Below are positions 61,634 to 64,000 of a DNA stretch of 64,000 nt, piece by piece. The notes under the pieces were generated by a model. That model was given only the letters and a program-made list of their open reading frames with translations. It was not told where the DNA came from and made no database searches. A program made the translations under genes and the position numbers. The stretch is from Nitrospirota bacterium. Its GTDB lineage: Bacteria > Nitrospirota > JACRHJ01. Each line of letters starts with the position of its first letter. Within the stretch, counting starts at the first letter, position 1. The stretch covers positions 128,001 through 192,000 of the forward strand of contig CAWJRJ010000021.1 in the NCBI GenBank assembly GCA_963845245.1, given 5' to 3'.

Positions 61634-62559
61634 TGGTCAGGACGGAAAACCTGGGCATGGTTTTCAGGGCCGGGTTCAAGAGGCGTAAAGTGACCGCCTT
61701 GAAGGGGCTCGACCTTGAGGTAAAAAAAGGCGAGGTCTTCGGGTTCCTTGGGCCAAACGGTGCCGGAAAGACCACCACGCTAAAGATCCTGATGGGGCTC
61801 ATATACCCGACGTCCGGCAAGGCATGGCTGTTGGGGAAAGAGCTGGGCGACGTGTCCGTCAAGCACAGGCTCGGCTTCCTGCCGGAGCAGCCGTATTTCT
61901 ACGATTACCTTACGGCTTCGGAATTCATGGATTTCTACGGTCGGCTTTTCGGCCTGGGTTCCGGTGAGAGAAAGGCGCGGGCGGCAGAGCTTCTGGCGCT
62001 TGTCGGCCTTGAGCATGCCCGTGACCTGCAGTTGAGGAAATTCTCAAAGGGTATGCTCCAGCGCATAGGCATCGCACAGGCCCTTATAAACGACCCTGAG
62101 CTTGTCGTGTTCGACGAGCCGATGAGCGGGCTCGACCCCGTTGGCCGAAAAGACGTAAAAGACATCATCATACAGCTGAAGGAGCGGGGCAAGACCATTT
62201 TCTTCAGCACACATATACTTCCTGACGTTGAGGTGGTCTGCGACAGGGTCGCTATCCTGGTCAAGGGCGAGCTTCGCGCCATGGGAGCAGTGGGCGAACT
62301 CCTTCAGAGTGTGGTGGCGGCTTCGGTCGAGATGACCTTCGACGGCCTCGCCGGTGCGGACCTTGCGGCTGTCAAGTCCCTCGCGAAGACCTCGTTCGTG
62401 CAGGGCAGCATACAGACGGTTTTTTTCGAAGACGCCGAAAAGGCGAAAGAGGCGAAGGAGATGGTGTTCAAAAGAGGCGGTGAGATCATATCGCTTATCC
62501 CGCACAGGCGCTCTCTCGAGGACATATTCATCGAAGAGGTCAAGAAGGGAAAAGTATGA
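61633..62559 (+). CDS. ABC transporter ATP-binding protein (pilin locus)
   Basis: GPNGAGKTT, FSKGMLQR, DEPMSGLDP, FSTH. Confidence 0.92.
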   Translation: MVRTENLGMVFRAGFKRRKVTALKGLDLEVKKGEVFGFLGPNGAGKTTTLKILMGLIYPTSGKAWLLGKELGDVSVKHRLGFLPEQPYFYDYLTASEFMDFYGRLFGLGSGERKARAAELLALVGLEHARDLQLRKFSKGMLQRIGIAQALINDPELVVFDEPMSGLDPVGRKDVKDIIIQLKERGKTIFFSTHILPDVEVVCDRVAILVKGELRAMGAVGELLQSVVAASVEMTFDGLAGADLAAVKSLAKTSFVQGSIQTVFFEDAEKAKEAKEMVFKRGGEIISLIPHRRSLEDIFIEEVKKGKV

Positions 62560-63321
62560 AGATATATGCCATCGCCGTAAATACCTTCAAAGAGGCAATA
62601 AGGGACAAGATATTCTATAGCCTCGTGTTCTTTGCCGGACTGATAATAGGCACTTCGATACTGCTGTCGATGCTCACCCTTGGCGAAGGCAGCAAGATCA
62701 TTGCCGACATATCCCTCGCCGGCATCAACTTCTTCGGGGTGATCATATCCATATTCGTCGGCATCGGGCTGGTCTACAAGGAACTCGAGAAAAAGACGAT
62801 CTACACCATCATCTCCAAACCGATAAGGAGGAGCGACTTCCTCCTGGGCAAATACCTGGGCCTTGCGCTTACCCTTCTCGTCTACCTGTCGGTGATGTCG
62901 GCGATATTCCTTGCAGTCCTATACATATACACGGGCTCCCTTGCCTACAGGCTGCTTCTTGTCCGTTGTCCTCATTTATTTCGAACTGTTGATAGTGACC
63001 GCCGCGGCGATACTGTTCTCCACTTTTTCCACCCCGTCCCTCTCGGCTACATACACGCTTGCCATCTACGTAATCGGCCACCTGACCGGCGACCTCAAGG
63101 CGCTTGCGGGGAAAACCGATGCGGCATCCGCGAAAATCGTACTTGACGCCGCGTATTATATACTGCCGAACCTTGAGAACTTCAACATCAAGGGTGAGGT
63201 CGTGCACAACCTCCCCATATCCGGTGTCTATATGCTTCAGGCCATGACGTACGGCGTGCTGTATGTCGTATGCCTCATCGTTATAGCTGTCGTGATATTC
63301 CAGAAGAAGAATTTTAAATGA
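62556..63321 (+). CDS. ABC transporter permease (indel near 62960)
   Basis: NTFKEAIRDK, KELEKKTIYTIISKPIRR..FLLGKYLG, LPNLE, FQKKNFK. Confidence 0.88.
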
Positions 63322-63346
63322 ACGCGCCCGCGCGCAGGAGAGAAGG

Positions 63347-63943
63347 TTGTCTGACGGCACAGTGATACTGGGAGCGGGCCTTGCGGGGCTTACGGCGGCC
63401 TTTTATCTCCGGAAGGGCTTTGAGGTCTTCGAGGCGTCGGACCGCGCCGGGGGCTGTCCCGATAGCTACGCAGGACAGCTCCTGCACCTCGACGATAAGG
63501 ACGTAAAGGAAATAGTCGAGGGACTTCTCCCCGGTAACCTTAACGGGCACAAGTCCGCCGCCACATGTTCCGAGGTCGGCGTGCAAGCGCTTGTTGACGC
63601 GCTGGTCCAGAGGGTGAAGGCGGTAAGCTACGGCCAGAGGGCGGTGGAGATCGACCCCGCACGGAAAACGGTGGTATTCGGGACAGGGTACACCGCATGG
63701 TACGACAACCTGATATCCACGATACCGTTGCCGGAACTCATAAAGATAATCAAGGACGTGCCCGGCGACATCGCCGATGCCGCCGCGAAACTCGGCCCCC
63801 ACTCAACGGATGCTCTACCGGGAATCATGGACTACCTTAATTCAAAATGCATTATAAGCATAGGCCGCTTTGGGGCCTGGGACGATTCGGGATTGGAGGA
63901 CGCGATCATGGACGGCAGAAACGCGGCAGTTGCCATCTCATGA
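63347..63943 (+). CDS. Short FAD-dependent oxidoreductase-like protein
   Basis: ILGAGLAGL...FEASDRAGG; YDNLISTIPLPEL; SIGRFGAW. Confidence 0.6.
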   Translation: MSDGTVILGAGLAGLTAAFYLRKGFEVFEASDRAGGCPDSYAGQLLHLDDKDVKEIVEGLLPGNLNGHKSAATCSEVGVQALVDALVQRVKAVSYGQRAVEIDPARKTVVFGTGYTAWYDNLISTIPLPELIKIIKDVPGDIADAAAKLGPHSTDALPGIMDYLNSKCIISIGRFGAWDDSGLEDAIMDGRNAAVAIS

Positions 63944-64000
63944 ACATGTCGGACGAGGCATATCACTGCGGTTTGCCGGGAGGTGCTGCATGAGGGTTTT

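Noticed and set aside
63940..64000. Next gene at the right edge
   Set aside because: Only a few codons are visible; cannot be assigned

Overview
Chromosomal window from a GC-rich diderm bacterium. Gene content and order (rnfB; hpnA/I/J with ispH; uppS-cdsA-dxr-rseP-ispG-proS; aroE-pilB-pilT-pilC-pilS-pilR-pilA plus ABC transporter) suggest a Nitrospirota- or Desulfobacterota-like organism (inference). Many genes, including essential ones, are split by single-base indels (mostly +1), which I read as long-read sequencing error rather than pseudogenisation. Main content: a CxxCH/PAS/GAF HD-GYP phosphodiesterase, priA, a perfect parS palindrome, an AT-rich island of three orphan genes each behind a shared leader repeat, a hopanoid-tailoring cluster with PagL-like and Omp85-like outer-membrane proteins, a GH57 glucanotransferase, MEP/isoprenoid genes, an orphan NtrB-like kinase, a 4-gene operon of unknown function divergent from an HdrB-HdrC fusion plus an archaeal-type three-part glutamate synthase, and a type IV pilus locus with three tandem pilins. 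Most unusual: (i) at least four accessory genes or gene blocks bracketed by 20-55 bp imperfect direct repeats; (ii) several families of short palindromic repeats that are nested, strand-polarised and inserted inside coding sequences; (iii) the HdrBC-GltB1/B2/B3 linkage without gltD or hdrA. No rRNA, tRNA, CRISPR array, transposase or integrase was recognised.
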